From: the human T2T-CHM13v2.0 reference genome, Homo sapiens
Strand: one strand, 5' to 3'
DNA length: 64,000 nt
NCBI RefSeq assembly: GCF_009914755.1
Contig: NC_060934.1
Part shown: positions 32,234-46,929 of the stretch, in pieces
Numbering within the stretch: the first letter of the stretch is position 1
Layout of the letters: each line of letters starts with the position of its first letter
Notes under the pieces: generated by a model
The model's input: the letters and a program-made list of their open reading frames with translations, nothing else
The model's database searches: none
Told to the model about the DNA's origin: nothing
Made by a program: the position numbers and the translations under genes

Positions 32234-32483
32234 TAGAGCTTTTAAAACTCACCTCCCCAACCTCACCTCAATTCTGATTCTCCCACATCTACCGACCATG
32301 GGTGGATGGGTGAGGGCTGGACAGGAGGAAGTAGGCAGGAAGGGTGTTGGACCTGGTTAAGGAGCTTTTCCCAGTGACAGAGGGTCCCCCTTCCCTGTCC
32401 GAAGATCTCTGGTCTCATTACCTTGTTTTCTCCAACTGGTCCTTTTCCTGAGTTGGAAAGTCACCTAGGTGACTTATCACTTA

Positions 32484-32820
<337 letters not shown>

Positions 32821-32829
32821 AATGCTATT

Positions 32830-33285
32830 ATTGCTGGGCAATCAATAGGTTCTCTGCCCAATGTGCATAGAGACCAATACCAGGGCACTGGCTTTTGAGA
32901 AAAGAAAGTTGACTGGCAAGGAGACAGGAGGAAACTCCCAAATCTGTCTCTCCAGCTGGTGGCTGGGTCAGGTTTTATAAACATAGGGTGGGGAGGTGCA
33001 ATCTGATTGGATCTTGCAATGTGTTGATGCCAGGAGGCACAATCTGACTGGATCTGGCAGGCGGTGACACTAGAGCTCTATCTGATTGGACTGTGGATCC
33101 TGCCATGTGGTGTGCGCTTCTTAATTCAGTCTCCGCTCCTCTGAGCACTTAGGTTCCTCCTGTGGTTGCACAGTCGGTTCATCTGGGCATGCTCAGGTTA
33201 TGTGACCTTCGACCTGGGGGCCATGACAACTGAAAAACAACTTTGTTACATAAAAATTGAACCAGATTGGTCTGATGTGATTACA
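32830..33285 (-). mobile_element. ERV1 LTR, family unresolved
   Basis: GGCAAGGAGACAGGAGG...CAAATCTGTCTC, repeated CTGATTGGA (CCAAT) units, ends ...GATTACA. Confidence 0.6.
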
Positions 33286-33366
33286 CTGTCTAGTACTTAT
33301 AACTATTATGTTAAATCCTATGAAAAGGCAAACATTAAACCCTCTCTTAGAAATGTAATAGTTTCA

Positions 33367-33660
33367 GGCCTGGTGCGGTGGCTCATGCCTGTAATCCCAG
33401 CACTTTGGGAGGCTGAGGCAGGTGGATCATGAGGTCAGGCGTTCGAGACCAGCCTGGCCAATATGGTGAAACCCCGTCTCTACTAATAATACAAAAATTA
33501 GCTGGGCATGGTGGCAAGCACCTGTAGTCTCAGCTACTTGGGAAACTGAAGCAGGCAGAAGAATTGCTTGAACCCAAGAGGTGGATGTTACAGTAAGCCG
33601 AGATCGTGCCCAGCCTGGGCAATAGAGCAAGATGCCGTCTCAAAAAAAAAAAAAAAAAAG
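33367..33660 (+). mobile_element. AluSg-like
   Basis: Full dimer. Confidence 0.92.
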
Positions 33661-33731
33661 AAGAAGATATGTAATTGTTTCAGTGGTCACTAGAGAATAT
33701 ATCTGAAATGCAAAATTTAATGCAAAAGTGA

Positions 33732-34040
<309 letters not shown>

Positions 34041-34699
34041 TAGAGTTTTTTTGAAGAGAGGTTGAGAACACATCACTCGCACCCCATGATACGTTCTGCT
34101 CTGAGCCATGCACTGAGCCGTGCGCATCCAGGCTACATAATCAGGCAATTACCCGCTCACAGAGAGGAAACCAGGAGATGTTTCGGGCCACTGCACCACG
34201 CTCTGCTGTCTCTCAGACACATTCAGTTGTAAACTTGCTTTTCCTTTGAACCAATATGAACAGGCCTCCAGGAAGCACAATTTGGGGACTAGTGGGGCTT
34301 CTTTTCTGAGTGTCAGAGTTCTTCAACCCTTCGAAAGGGGAGGTCCAGGGAGGCCCAGCAGCCCCAACCTCCACTACCCATTATTGATGGTGCTTGGAGC
34401 TGAGCCAGGGCCATGGCGGAATGGAACTCCCAATTAGATTCACTTGACACGTGAGAAATTCCGTGGAAACCGGCAATTATAAATGCATGATAAAACTTTC
34501 TGCAACAAATGAAAAAGACTAGAAGGACTTTTGAGGACAGTAGGAAAACAAGCCCTAGTGGATAACATGACTTAAGTTCTTTCCTCTTCTGTGCAACTAT
34601 TTGTCTTCAGCCTTGGGAACCATCTGTGGTTTGTTCTCCAGAAAAGAGATGTGTGGAAATTCTGAGTATGACCCAGGAATTGTCACTGTTCCTCTTTCT

Positions 34700-36291
<1,592 letters not shown>

Positions 36292-37184
36292 TAATGCAAA
36301 TCACATTGTGTAAAGATACCTGCAACTACAAAAAGAGGACTGGAATTCAGCAACGTTTTGTGGATTGAAGTGTCCCTCAATCTCACCATTTCCACCATCC
36401 AGGTAGTTTCACGAACCAAGTGGCTTTGGAGAAAAAAATCCAACAGGGTAGACCAGAAGATGGCTTATTTATAAACCAGTGTGCTGATGAAAAAGCATTG
36501 ATGTTGGCATCCAGACACAGCTCAGACTCTCACTGCTCTTGCTGGCTCTGTCCACAGGACACTGATTACATAGACGTGGTGACAGCAGGGACACTCTGCC
36601 ATCCCTATGCTAACCTGGCATTGCAACCTGAGCAAAGCCAGGCTCATGTGAGGAGCAACTTCCTAAAGCAATCTTTTGTTTTTACTTTTTTGGGGTTGGC
36701 AGGGCTAACAGCTGTTTAGAGGTTTATAGTTAAGGCATGGATTAAGAGTCAGCTCATTCTCTTTATCTCAGCTCATCTGCCCCTTAAATGATCCTATTGG
36801 GTATCACAGCAGGTATAGACTTAGCAGCAGATCTAGGGCACGGGACGAAGAGGGAAGAGCAGTGGATCTGTCAATCCGTGCACAGATTTCCAGCTGCTCA
36901 CCATATGCCTTAGTCATCTTTAGAGGCCTCATTTGCTTCCTTTCACATGGCAGAAATTCCCAGGCAAATGACTTCTCAACCCCATGCCTCCAGCTCTACC
37001 TGGAGTTTAAAGGTGGCCATCAGGGATCCCAGAGAGCATCAGATAAGGCCACTAGAAAACAGGCAGGTTGGGAGTCTTGCACCTGCACGGGGCTGGGCCC
37101 AGAGCAGCTCAGTGGCAGCCTCTTCCTTCCCAGATATTTTTCCTTGGGCCACACGGAAAAGGCACCATGTAACATATTGGTTAA

Positions 37185-37400
37185 TCCTCAGGCTTATAAC
37201 CTGATATGCTGGGGTTCAAATCTCAGCTGATCCCATTAATTGCTGTGTGGCCTAGAGAAAGCTACATAACCTCTCAGCTCCTCAGTTTTAGGGATGATCA
37301 TCATACCTAACTCACAGGCTATGAGGGTTCATGTGGGACCATAATGTACCAGACCACTGCTTGGCCTATAGCATGTGTTCAATCAATATTGGGCTGGTGT
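37185..37400 (+). mobile_element. MIR
   Basis: GGGTTCAAATCTCAGCT...AACCTCTC...CTCAGTTT. Confidence 0.65.
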
Positions 37401-38119
37401 TATTGCAACTGGCATGTGACACACCAGCTATACTAGTGTGAAAAATCTATATTTCACTTCCACATCTGAGTGACAGTGAATTACTAACTCCAGGATTCAT
37501 CTGAAATCAGCTCTTTTTGTCACCAGCTTGACCTACTTAATCTGATTTACTACCTTACTTGTTTTTCATGGGAAGACTCACTCTTTCAGCATCAGGACTT
37601 GAAGCAAGGTGCCCAGGCTTGGTTTAGCAGTGTTGTAGAGCTACACACAGTACGTGCAGCTGCAGTTCCTTCTACATTGCCCACCAAAAGTGGCTGTGGA
37701 CTCAGGACAACCACGCCCATGAAGGAGCTTGGACTTGATTGTGTTAGATGTGGGACCTAAGTGTGGGGAAAGTTCTCTACTCACTGGGCAGGATCAGATC
37801 AAAAGACAAAGGACCAGAGAAGCACTTCTCTAGGATCTCATCTTCCCCTTTGCTTCCAAGTCCCACATGTTAATTTGTGTTAGTGGAATGTGTGAGAGGA
37901 GGCAAAGATCGATGATGTTTCCCAGTAATTCCTAAAGTGTTCCTGACTTGCAGCACAGTGTATGCAGTTAATCCACTCACAGAGACAGGGAATGACAAAG
38001 AGAGAGCTAAAATGTGTGCTGTTTAGATAACAAATCATAAATTCAAAAGAGTTGTGTAATTTGGGAATGCAACGGTGGGAGACTGTTCTACAGAGAGAGC
38101 AGATTCAATGCCATTGAAG

Positions 38120-38790
38120 GGTAAGCAGAGTCTATGCCTGAGACCTCATTTACAGTTTACGGGAAACATAGGGAACAGAGAAGTTAAATTACACCAAGTT
38201 ATATCACTAGATACTTCCTGGAGACGAAGCGTTCTGCAGGAAAACTGGCCTGGATTCTTCAAAAAGTCAACATTTATAGGAAAAAATGGGAGGCTGTCTT
38301 AAATAAAAAGAGACCAAGAAGACACAAAACCCAGAAGCAAGGTGCTAACTTCCATCAGATCCTTGTTCAAAAATGGAAAACAGACACAGCCATAAAAGAC
38401 ATTTGGGGATTATTGGAATATTGAAGTATGGAGTGATTCTTAGGTAGCATAATATAATTAGTGTTAATTCTTCTGGGCATGATAATGCCATTGTAGTTAT
38501 CAAGAGAATGTTCTTTTTCTTAGGGGATGTTTGCTGAAGTAACTAGAAGTCCAATATTATGATGCATGCAGCTAATTTTCCAATAATGTGTGAGAGAGAC
38601 GGAGAGAGGGATAACAAGCCTGAGAGAGAAAGTAAATGTGGCGAACCTGTTAGCAATCGTTGAATCTAGGTGGAGATTTATTATAGGTGCGGGTGATGGC
38701 TCTAAGTTGAATCTAGGTAGAGGGTTTATGAGTATTAATTGTAGTACGTTTTTCAACTTTTAAGTTTGAAAATTTGCAAAGTAAGAAGTA
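38120..38790 (+). mobile_element. L1ME/MC 3' end
   Basis: AACTGGCCTGGATTCTTCAAAAAGTCAA...GTTTGAAAATTT. Confidence 0.6.
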
Positions 38791-39060
38791 GGGAGAAAGG
38801 AGAGTTGATGAACCTGGGAACTCGTGTGAGTCTTTGGTGCCTTTTGGAAGTCTCTTGATATCCTGTCCCTCCTTGATTTGAGGACTGTCCTGCTGTGGGT
38901 GACCTATCGCCTGAGGCTGGACCAAGAGGACACCTTCCTGAGTCCCCAGCATCTCCAGGCCCAGGTGGTCTGAAGTCCACCATGCTGCAGAAGTCCAAGA
39001 GTCTGTCCAGGATTGCTTCCCTTGATAGCACTCTTTCTTCCTTCCAGCCTCGCCGGCTGC

Positions 39061-39820
39061 TGTGAAAGTTGTCAGAATCAAAATGGAGTGATGTGTGCTA
39101 AAAACCCTGACAGATAGAGCCTGGGAAGGCCATAAAGGGAGGGTACTCATGCATGAATGCCTGATAACAAGAACTCTCAGAAAAGATAGCAAAAACCACA
39201 ACTTTGCACAAAGGCCAACCTCACACAAAAAAATACTTCTGCAAGGACATCTGCCCAGCAACTGCCTGTCCGACCTCAGACTGGCGCCACCCTTGCTATA
39301 AACCCTGGTGGCCAAGGATAATTATCTCAAAACAATTATGTAATCATTCTTATTTTTTCTTTAAAAAACTTTGTCTTCTCCTGTAATCCCAGCACTTTGG
39401 GAGGCTGAGGCAGGCGGATCATGAGGTCAGGAGTTTGAGACCAGCCTGGCCAGCATGGTGAAACCCCATCTTTACTAAATATGCAAAAAATTAGCCAGGC
39501 ATGGTGGTGCCCACCTGTAATCCCAGCTACTCAGGAGGCTGAGTCAGGAGAATCACTTGAAACCAGGAGGCAGACGTTGCAGTGAGCCGAGATCGTGCCA
39601 CTGCACTCCAGCCTGGATGATAGAGTGAGACTCTGTCTCAAACAAAACAAAAAACAAAACAAAAAATAAAAAAAAACCAGAAAACAACTTTGTCTTCTTT
39701 CACTTCCCTGAATACACACAAAATTTACTGTGGCACGTATATCCCTGTTGCAATGCCCATTCCCAAATAAATATAATTTTCTTTTAGAGAGCCTCTCTCT
39801 GTCTGTTATTTAGGTTGACA
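39061..39820 (+). mobile_element. MER39/MER34-like ERV1 solo LTR containing a 5'-truncated AluS (39380-39680)
   Basis: TGTGAAAGTTGTCAGAATCAAAATGGAGT...TTAGGTTGACA; Alu TSD AACTTTGTCTTCT. Confidence 0.85.
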
Positions 39821-40125
39821 GTACAAAATACAAGACTAGTGTCTATTCTTCTTTCTCCACTGCCATGTGGAAAATATGATTGTGCAAGAATTAAATGTCA
39901 AATTTTGTTTACTTACAATGTAAAACCTTTTTGTAATTGCTCAGTTGTCATATGCTTTGCTCATGTTATGGCCATCATTCAAAGTTCAAGTTCATCCCAA
40001 ATTTTTAAGAGGTAGATTGAATACTGTATTGCTGTTGTATCTAATAGTTGGACTCCATAAACCAGTATAATTTAATTGTAAGGGAGAATTCTCTAATAGC
40101 ATGTCTTTTAGGCACAGCAGCAATA

Positions 40126-41053
40126 TTTAAAAAAAATTTTTTTTATTATACTTTAAGTTCTGGGGTACATGTGCACAATGTGCAGGTTCGTTACATATGT
40201 ATACATGTGCCATGTTGGTGTACTGCACCCAGTAACTTGTCATTTACATTAGGTATATCTCCTAATGCTATCCCTCCCCCCTCCCCCCACCCCGCAACAG
40301 GCCCCAGTGTGTGATGTTCCCCTTCCTCTGTCCAAGTGTTCTCATTGTTCAATTCCCACCTGTGAGTGAGAACATGCAGTGTTTGGTTTTTTGTCCTTGC
40401 GATAGTTTGCTGAGAATGATGGTTTCCAGCTTCATCCATGTCCCTACAAAGGACATGAACTCATCATTTTTTATGGCTGCATAGTATTCCATGGTGTATA
40501 TGGGCCACATTTTCTTAATCCAGTCTATCATTGGTGGACATTTGGGTTGGTTCCAAGTCTTGCTATTGTGAATAATGCCGCAATAAACATACGTGTGCAT
40601 GTGTCTTTATAGCAGCATGATGTATATTCCTTTGGGTATATACCCAGTAATGGGATGGCTGGGTCAAATGGTATTTCTAGTTCTAGATCCTTGAGCAATC
40701 ACCGCACTGTCTTCCACAATGGTTGAACTAGTTTACAGTCCCACCAACAGCGTAAAAGTGTTCCTATTTCTCCACATCCTCTCCAGCACCTGTTGTTTCC
40801 TGACTTTTTAATGATCGCCATTCTAACTGGTGTGAGATGGTATCTCATTGTGGTTTTGATTTGCATTTCTCTGATGGCCAGTGATGATGAGCATTTGTTC
40901 ATGTGTCTGTTGGCTGCACAAATGTCTTCTTTTGAGAAGTGTCTGTTCATGTCCTTTGCCCACTTTTTGATGGAGTTGTTTGTTTTTTTCTTGTAAATTT
41001 GTTTGAGTTCTTTGTAGATTCTGGATATCAGCCCTTTGTCAGATGGGTGGATT
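40126..41053 (-). mobile_element. 5'-truncated L1PA (about PA4-5): end of ORF2 plus 3' UTR
   Basis: ORF2 C-terminal peptide [28 protein letters not shown]-rich 3' UTR, 13-bp TSD CACAGCAGCAATA (40113-40125, 41054-41066). Confidence 0.95.
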
Positions 41054-41386
41054 CACAGCAGCAATACTTCTGCAACCTTTTTGGTGAGAAGATCTTTTAG
41101 CAGAATAATTCAGTTTTCAAACTCACGTACACCTTCCTTGATGAGAGACAGAAAACCATTCTGAGCGACAGGGATTCACACTGTGCCCCTCAACAAAAGA
41201 TAAATTTTGAACCAGCTGTAGGAAGCCTGCATGTCACAAAGTTAACAACCTTCAGTGGGTACAAGCAGCCCAGCATGTTCATAGCAGTGGAAACCTATGC
41301 CTGAGACATCGTTTGAAGAAGAAAGTGGGAAGTGCAATTGTCAGACTTTAATGTCTCATAAAATGTTCATTTAAAAAAGGAAGGCA

Positions 41387-41740
41387 AGCTGGGCACAGTG
41401 GCTCACGCCTGTAACCCCAGCACTTTGGGAGGCTGAGGCGGGCAGATCACTTGAGATCAGGAGTTCGAGACCAGCCTGGACAACATGGCAAAACCCCACC
41501 TCTACTAAAAATACAAAAAAATTTAGCTGGGCATGGTGGCATGTGCTTGTAATCTCAGCTACTCAGGAAGCTGAGGCAGGAGAATCGCTTGAACTCAGGA
41601 GGCAGAGGTTGCAGTGAGCCAAGATCATGCCACTACACTCCATCCTGCACAACAAAGTGAGGCTCCATCTCAAAAGAAGAAGAAGAAGAAGAAGAAGAAG
41701 AAGAAGAAGAAGAAGAAGAAGAAGAAGAAGAAGAAGAAGA
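41387..41740 (+). mobile_element. AluS with tail converted to (AAG)22
   Basis: Full dimer followed by a perfect trinucleotide run. Confidence 0.92.
41674..41739 (+). repeat. (AAG)22 trinucleotide repeat
   Basis: 66 nt uninterrupted. Confidence 0.97.
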
Positions 41741-41761
41741 CGACAGAGTAGGGTTGGTAAC

Positions 41762-42066
41762 TTTTATTTTTTTTTTCTTTTGAGACACAGTCTTGCTCTC
41801 TCACCCAGGCTGCAGTGCAGTGGCACAATCATAGCTCACCACAGCCTCAAACTCCTGGGCTGAAGTGATCCTTCAGCCTCAGCTTCCCAAGTAGCTAGGG
41901 CTACAAACACATGCCACCATGCCTGGCTAATTTTTTAAGAAACATTTTTATAGACATGGGGTCTCAATGTGGTTGCCCAGGCTGGTTTTAGACTCCTGGC
42001 TTCAAGCAATCCTCCCACTTCATCCTCCCAAAGTGTTGGAGTTATAGGTCTGAGGCACCTTGCCTA
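41762..42066 (-). mobile_element. AluJ
   Basis: Antisense dimer. Confidence 0.9.
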
Positions 42067-42619
42067 GACTAACTTAATTTTTATTAAAGAAAGAAAGGAA
42101 CAAAACCTATTATCTGCTATTCTTATCATTTTATGAAATAAGGTACTTTAATTCCAAGCAAGTAGTAAGGGCATGATTGGAAGGTAAAAATTGCTGGGCC
42201 ATGGGACAGAGAGGGCTTGGGGCTGCAGAATGATCACAAAGGGCAGGGAGGTGCAAGTGTTAGCCTCCCAGTGAGAACTGGATCAGCAGGGCAGAGCAGA
42301 GGAAAACAGCATCTAAAGGATGCAGGAGGAGATGATTAGCTATTATCAAGGTAATGATACCAACGTTTCTGAATCTTAGGTTGCTGAGATTTAATAATAA
42401 AGTGTAAAGATTTACTCTGCGTTAGAAAAAAATTATGCCGTCCATTTCATGATGCCAATAACACCCCAGGTGTGGAGGGAGGCGTGAGTCATTTTATGTT
42501 TTTGAAATTGCTGTTTGGTAACTCACTTTATTTAAACTTCACCACATGAGGTTGCCGCAATACATTTGATCATCCCCTTTCTCACTTTACATCTGAAACT
42601 GAAGCTGCTACTGGATTCC

Positions 42620-42632
42620 TGCTGACTCAGCA
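42620..42632. promoter_or_regulatory. Perfect T-MARE (TGCTGACTCAGCA), Maf/NRF2/BACH element
   Basis: Exact 13-bp consensus in apparently non-repetitive DNA. Confidence 0.6.
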
Positions 42633-42737
42633 AAAATCCAAACCATTGTCAATAGAGTCCATTAGGAAATCAGTCCCAATCCGAACCTCCTAGGCAACAC
42701 TTGAGCAAGGGAAGTCAGATTTAAAAATCAGAATCAT

Positions 42738-43039
42738 GGCCAGGTGCAGTGGCTCATGCCTGTAATCCCACCACTTTGGGAGGCTAAGGCAGGAGGATCT
42801 CAAGGTCAAGAGATCGAGACCATCCTGGCCAACATGATGAAACCCCGTCTCTTCTAAAAATACAAAAATTAGCTGGATGTGGTGGCACATGCCTGTAGTC
42901 CCAGCTACTTGGGAGGCTGAGGCAGGAGAGTCACTTTAACCTGGGACGTGGAGGTTGCAGGGAGCCGAGATGGTGCCACTGCACTCCAGGCCGGATGACA
43001 GAGTGAGGCTCCGTCTCAAAAAAAAAAAAAAAAAAAAAA
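42738..43039 (+). mobile_element. AluSc
   Basis: TCAAGAGATCGAGACCATCCTGGCC; TSD AAAAATC(A/G)GAAT. Confidence 0.9.
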
Positions 43040-43249
43040 TCGGAATTACTACTAACCTTCTTAAAGTGTCTAAAGGACCTTCCAACCATACATCAAACCA
43101 AGTAAACATGTGTTCCCAAGGAAATATTCCAGAAGAAAAAGTGGGCCTGCTGCAAGTTAATTCTGGAGACAATACATGCCTAAAACAGACATGAAACAGC
43201 CATGCAAAAGGATTGGACCATCCTCAGAGCCTGTCTGAAACCTCTAGAA

Positions 43250-43543
43250 CAGCAGTTCCCAATCTTTTTGGCATCATGGACTGGGGTGGGGGGCCAGTTT
43301 TGGGATGCAACTGTTCCACCTCAGATCTTCAGGCATTAGATTCTCCTAAGGAACACTCAACCTAGATCCCTCACATGTGCAGTTCACAGTAGGGTCCGTG
43401 CTCCTGTGAGAATCTAACTAATGCTGCCACTGATATGACAGGAGGCAGAGCTCAGGAGGCAATGCTCATTTGCCTCCTGCTGTGCAGCCTGGTTCCTAAC
43501 AGGCTGTGGACTGCTAGTGGTACTGGGAGGTTGGAGACCCTTG
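43250..43543. mobile_element. MER1B hAT-Charlie DNA transposon
   Basis: ACTGTTCCACCTCAGATC...CAGGCATTAGATTCTC...AACCTAGATCCCTC; degenerate 8-bp TSD CTCTAGAA/CTGTGGAA. Confidence 0.88.
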
Positions 43544-43975
43544 CTGTGGAAAGCAGAGCCTGAGGGTTAATAAAGTGTTGACACTTTTTTGGAGGTGCAA
43601 ACGGAAATGTTTCAAGGGGGGATGAAAGGGAAGTGAGACAGGAAACGTACATTACAAAGAGATGTGATGCATGGTGGAGCTGGCTTCACAACACCTCCAG
43701 GACACAGAGGTGGCTCAGGAGCCATTTCGTGGGGCACAGGGGACTCCTGGGGAAGTGTTCTGCAGACAAGCCACATCTCCAAGGGGTCCGTGGAAGAGAG
43801 GCAGAGGAGGGCTGGCTCGCTTCTATCCCCTCCCTCCTATTGGACAATTTCACCCTACAGGGAGCTTACTTCCCCACTTTTCCCATGTGTTGGTGGCTAC
43901 TCAAGAAGTCAGATTCCAGGCCCTGTGTTGTGGTATTTTGTCTAAGTCTAAAAGTAAGTAGAGGTGCTTGGGAGA

Positions 43976-43989
43976 AAGAGAGAGAGAGA

Positions 43990-44020
<31 letters not shown>
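43976..44020. repeat. (GA)n repeat
   Basis: Interrupted GA run. Confidence 0.9.
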
Positions 44021-44021
<1 letters not shown>

Positions 44022-44398
44022 AGTGAGCAAATCTCAAGAAGTTTGTGTCCCAAACAATCATTAACTCTCATTTCCTGGTTATTACTAAACCACTTTCTGA
44101 ACTGCAAGATTTTGTCCTATTGGTTTGTGCAGTACCAGTTAAAACATCAGGTAGCATGATGATAATATCCAGCGCCCAGAGATACTTAGTGAAGGAATCG
44201 GTCAGCAAGACAACATGGAAATGTTTATACTTCCATTACAGATACAGTTAAATTTTAGTAAGAGCCACAAGTGACTGTTTTAAGTCAAGAATTTTGCCAA
44301 GGATTGAGGATACTGAAAATTACTTAGGTTTACAGATCTGCAGGAATTAAGCTTTTTTGGATTCAAGCTTAAATATGAATCATCAGTGACATTTACAT

Positions 44399-44850
44399 TG
44401 TCTTAGTTTTTGGATCTCTCCAGAAGCTGACCGTAATACAAGGATTTGAGCGCAAGTAGTTTATTTACAAGGTGAATAAGAGACCAGTGGAGAATAAGGA
44501 ATGAGAGAAGGCAGGAAAGGGTATGTTACTGGGCAAATTATCACTGTGGATACCTGGACATAACACTGCTGGGGCTCTGGGAGCAACGTTAGACACACTC
44601 CTCAGATTAATTGCACCCAAGGGGCAAGGGAGCTGGGGTATTTATACCCCCATTCCTAACAGTGGTTGGGTGAGAGCTGGTACCAGGGAGTGTTAAGTCT
44701 CCAGAACTTCCAGGTGCTTTGTAGATTGATAGCGAGGGATCCAGCTGTCAGAGAAGCCCTCAGGCAAAGTGATGCAGATGCTTCCAACTGGAAGTCAAGC
44801 ATGTGCACTAGAAGGGAGGTATGGGCAGAACAGAGAAAGTGGACTACATG
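44399..44850 (-). mobile_element. Old ERVL/MaLR LTR (LTR33/MLT1K-like)
   Basis: CAGAAGCTGACC...ACAAGGATTTGAGCGCAAGTAGTTTATTT. Confidence 0.55.
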
Positions 44851-45088
44851 TATGTCTTTTGCTACCCTGTCTCCTCTCAGAATGAGGTGACTCAGCAGAA
44901 TCCTTCAAATATTGTGATATTACGATAGTGTGAAATTTTAAAAAAATGTTTGATATTGCTAACTCAGTATTTCTTTCTTCTTGTAGTAAGTGGATGCTTT
45001 ATTTTATATGGCTTTGGATGCATTCTAATACAACCTATCATGTAGAATGCTTTCTTCTTTGCAAAATGAAACTTAAAAAATAGATTAC

Positions 45089-45405
45089 TGGCCAGGCATG
45101 GTGGCTCGCCCTTGTAATCCCAGCACTTTGGAAACCCAAGGCAGCCGGATCACTTGAGGTCAGGAGTTCAAGACCAGTCTAGCCAACACAGTGAAACCCC
45201 ATCTCTACTAAAAATATAAAAATTAACCGAGCATGGTGGCAGGCACCTATAATCCCAGCTACTCAGGAGGCTGAGGCAGGAGAATCGCTTGAACCAGAGG
45301 GGCAGAGGTTGCAGTGAGCCGAGATGGTGTCACTGCACTCCAGCCTGGGTAACAGAGTGAGATTTTGTCTCAAAAAAAAAAAAAAAAAAAAAAAGAAAAG
45401 AAAAA
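45089..45405 (+). mobile_element. AluS
   Basis: Full dimer; TSD AAAA(A/G)TAGATTA. Confidence 0.92.
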
Positions 45406-45801
45406 GTAGATTAGCATAGGTAGCTAAAATCAGGAAGCTTCGCTCTGGGGAAATTTGTGCATTTTCTTTTTCTTTCTTTTCTTTTCTTTTTTTTTATTCT
45501 GCCACAGAAACACTCCTACAAAAAAACTTAAATACTTTCAGGAGTTAAGAAAATCTTGCCAGGTATCTGAATTGTGGAGGTTGGAGATTATTTAATCAAG
45601 CTGACTGCATTTAACTAGGAAGGGAAACAGACTTAACAGAACATCAAAAATAGACACAGCAACAGAGGATTCCCAGCTTCAGTGTCAGCAGACGTCACCC
45701 CAAATGTTCAAGCCATCCCGGTCAAAGGCAAATGGAAACTCTTAGCCACTCTACATTAGCATAGGATGGTGGAGCAGGTATTAATAAAGTATTAATGCCA
45801 T

Positions 45802-46092
45802 CTGGGCACCATGGCTTATGCCTGTAATCCCAGAGCTTTGGGAGGCTGAAGTGGGAGGATTGCTTGAGGTTAGGAGTTTCAGACCAGCCCCTGGGCAGCA
45901 TAGTGAGACCCCATCTCTATAAAAAAATTTTTTTTAATGGCTGGGTGTGATGGTGCATGTCTGTAGTTCCAGCTACTTAGGAGGCTAAGGTGGGAGGATC
46001 CCTTGAGCCCAGGAGTTAGAGGCTGCAGTGGGCCATGATTGCACTACTGCGCTCCAGCCTGGGCAAGAGAGCAAGACCGTGTCTCAAAAAAA
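45802..46092 (+). mobile_element. AluJ
   Basis: Full dimer with J diagnostics. Confidence 0.9.
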
Positions 46093-46353
46093 AGGTATTA
46101 GTGCTCCTTATTTATGTTCATGTTTTAATTGCAAGCACAGTAAGCAGTTATGTTTTTCTCAAATAAAACACTGAAATACTACAGGGACCAAAAGTGGTGT
46201 CTTTGGTGCAGAAGCCAGTGCTCAGTGGACTCTCCCACAGAATGCTGCAGTTTTGTTGCTTACACAGCTCTCGTGGGAGTTGTCACACTGGGATTGGGCT
46301 CAACCTTTCCATCATGACACTCTAATGAGTGTCTGAAACAGTTGACTCCTGTT

Positions 46354-46684
46354 CTTTTTTAAAACGTGTATTTATTTATTTACTTACTTATGTATTTATT
46401 CAGAGATAGGCTCTTGCTCTGTAGCCCAGGCTGGAGTGCGGTAGCACAATCATGGCTCACTGCAGCCTCAAACTCCTGGGTGCAAGCAATCCTCCCAGGT
46501 GGCTCTCAGGTGGCTAGGACTACAGGTGCACACCACCATGCCCACCTAATTTTCTAATTTTTTTTGCAGATATGGGATCTCACTGTGTTGCCCAGGCTGG
46601 TCTAGAACTCCTAGCCTCAAGAAATACTCCTGCCCCATTCTCCTAAAGTGCTGGGATCATAGGCAGGAGTCACTCCACCTGGCC
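46354..46684 (-). mobile_element. AluJ
   Basis: Antisense dimer; TSD TTGACT(C/T)CTGTT. Confidence 0.88.
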
Positions 46685-46692
46685 AGATTTGA

Positions 46693-46929
<237 letters not shown>

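Noticed and set aside
38713-39315. 200-aa minus-strand ORF
   Set aside because: Spans an LTR and an L1 remnant; no splice or domain support.
40191-40996. ORFs resembling the C-terminus of a reverse-transcriptase protein
   Set aside because: Broken ORF2 end of a 5'-truncated L1PA; not a gene and not autonomous.
41627-41863. Poly-arginine ORF
   Set aside because: Translation of the (AAG)22 tract between Alus.
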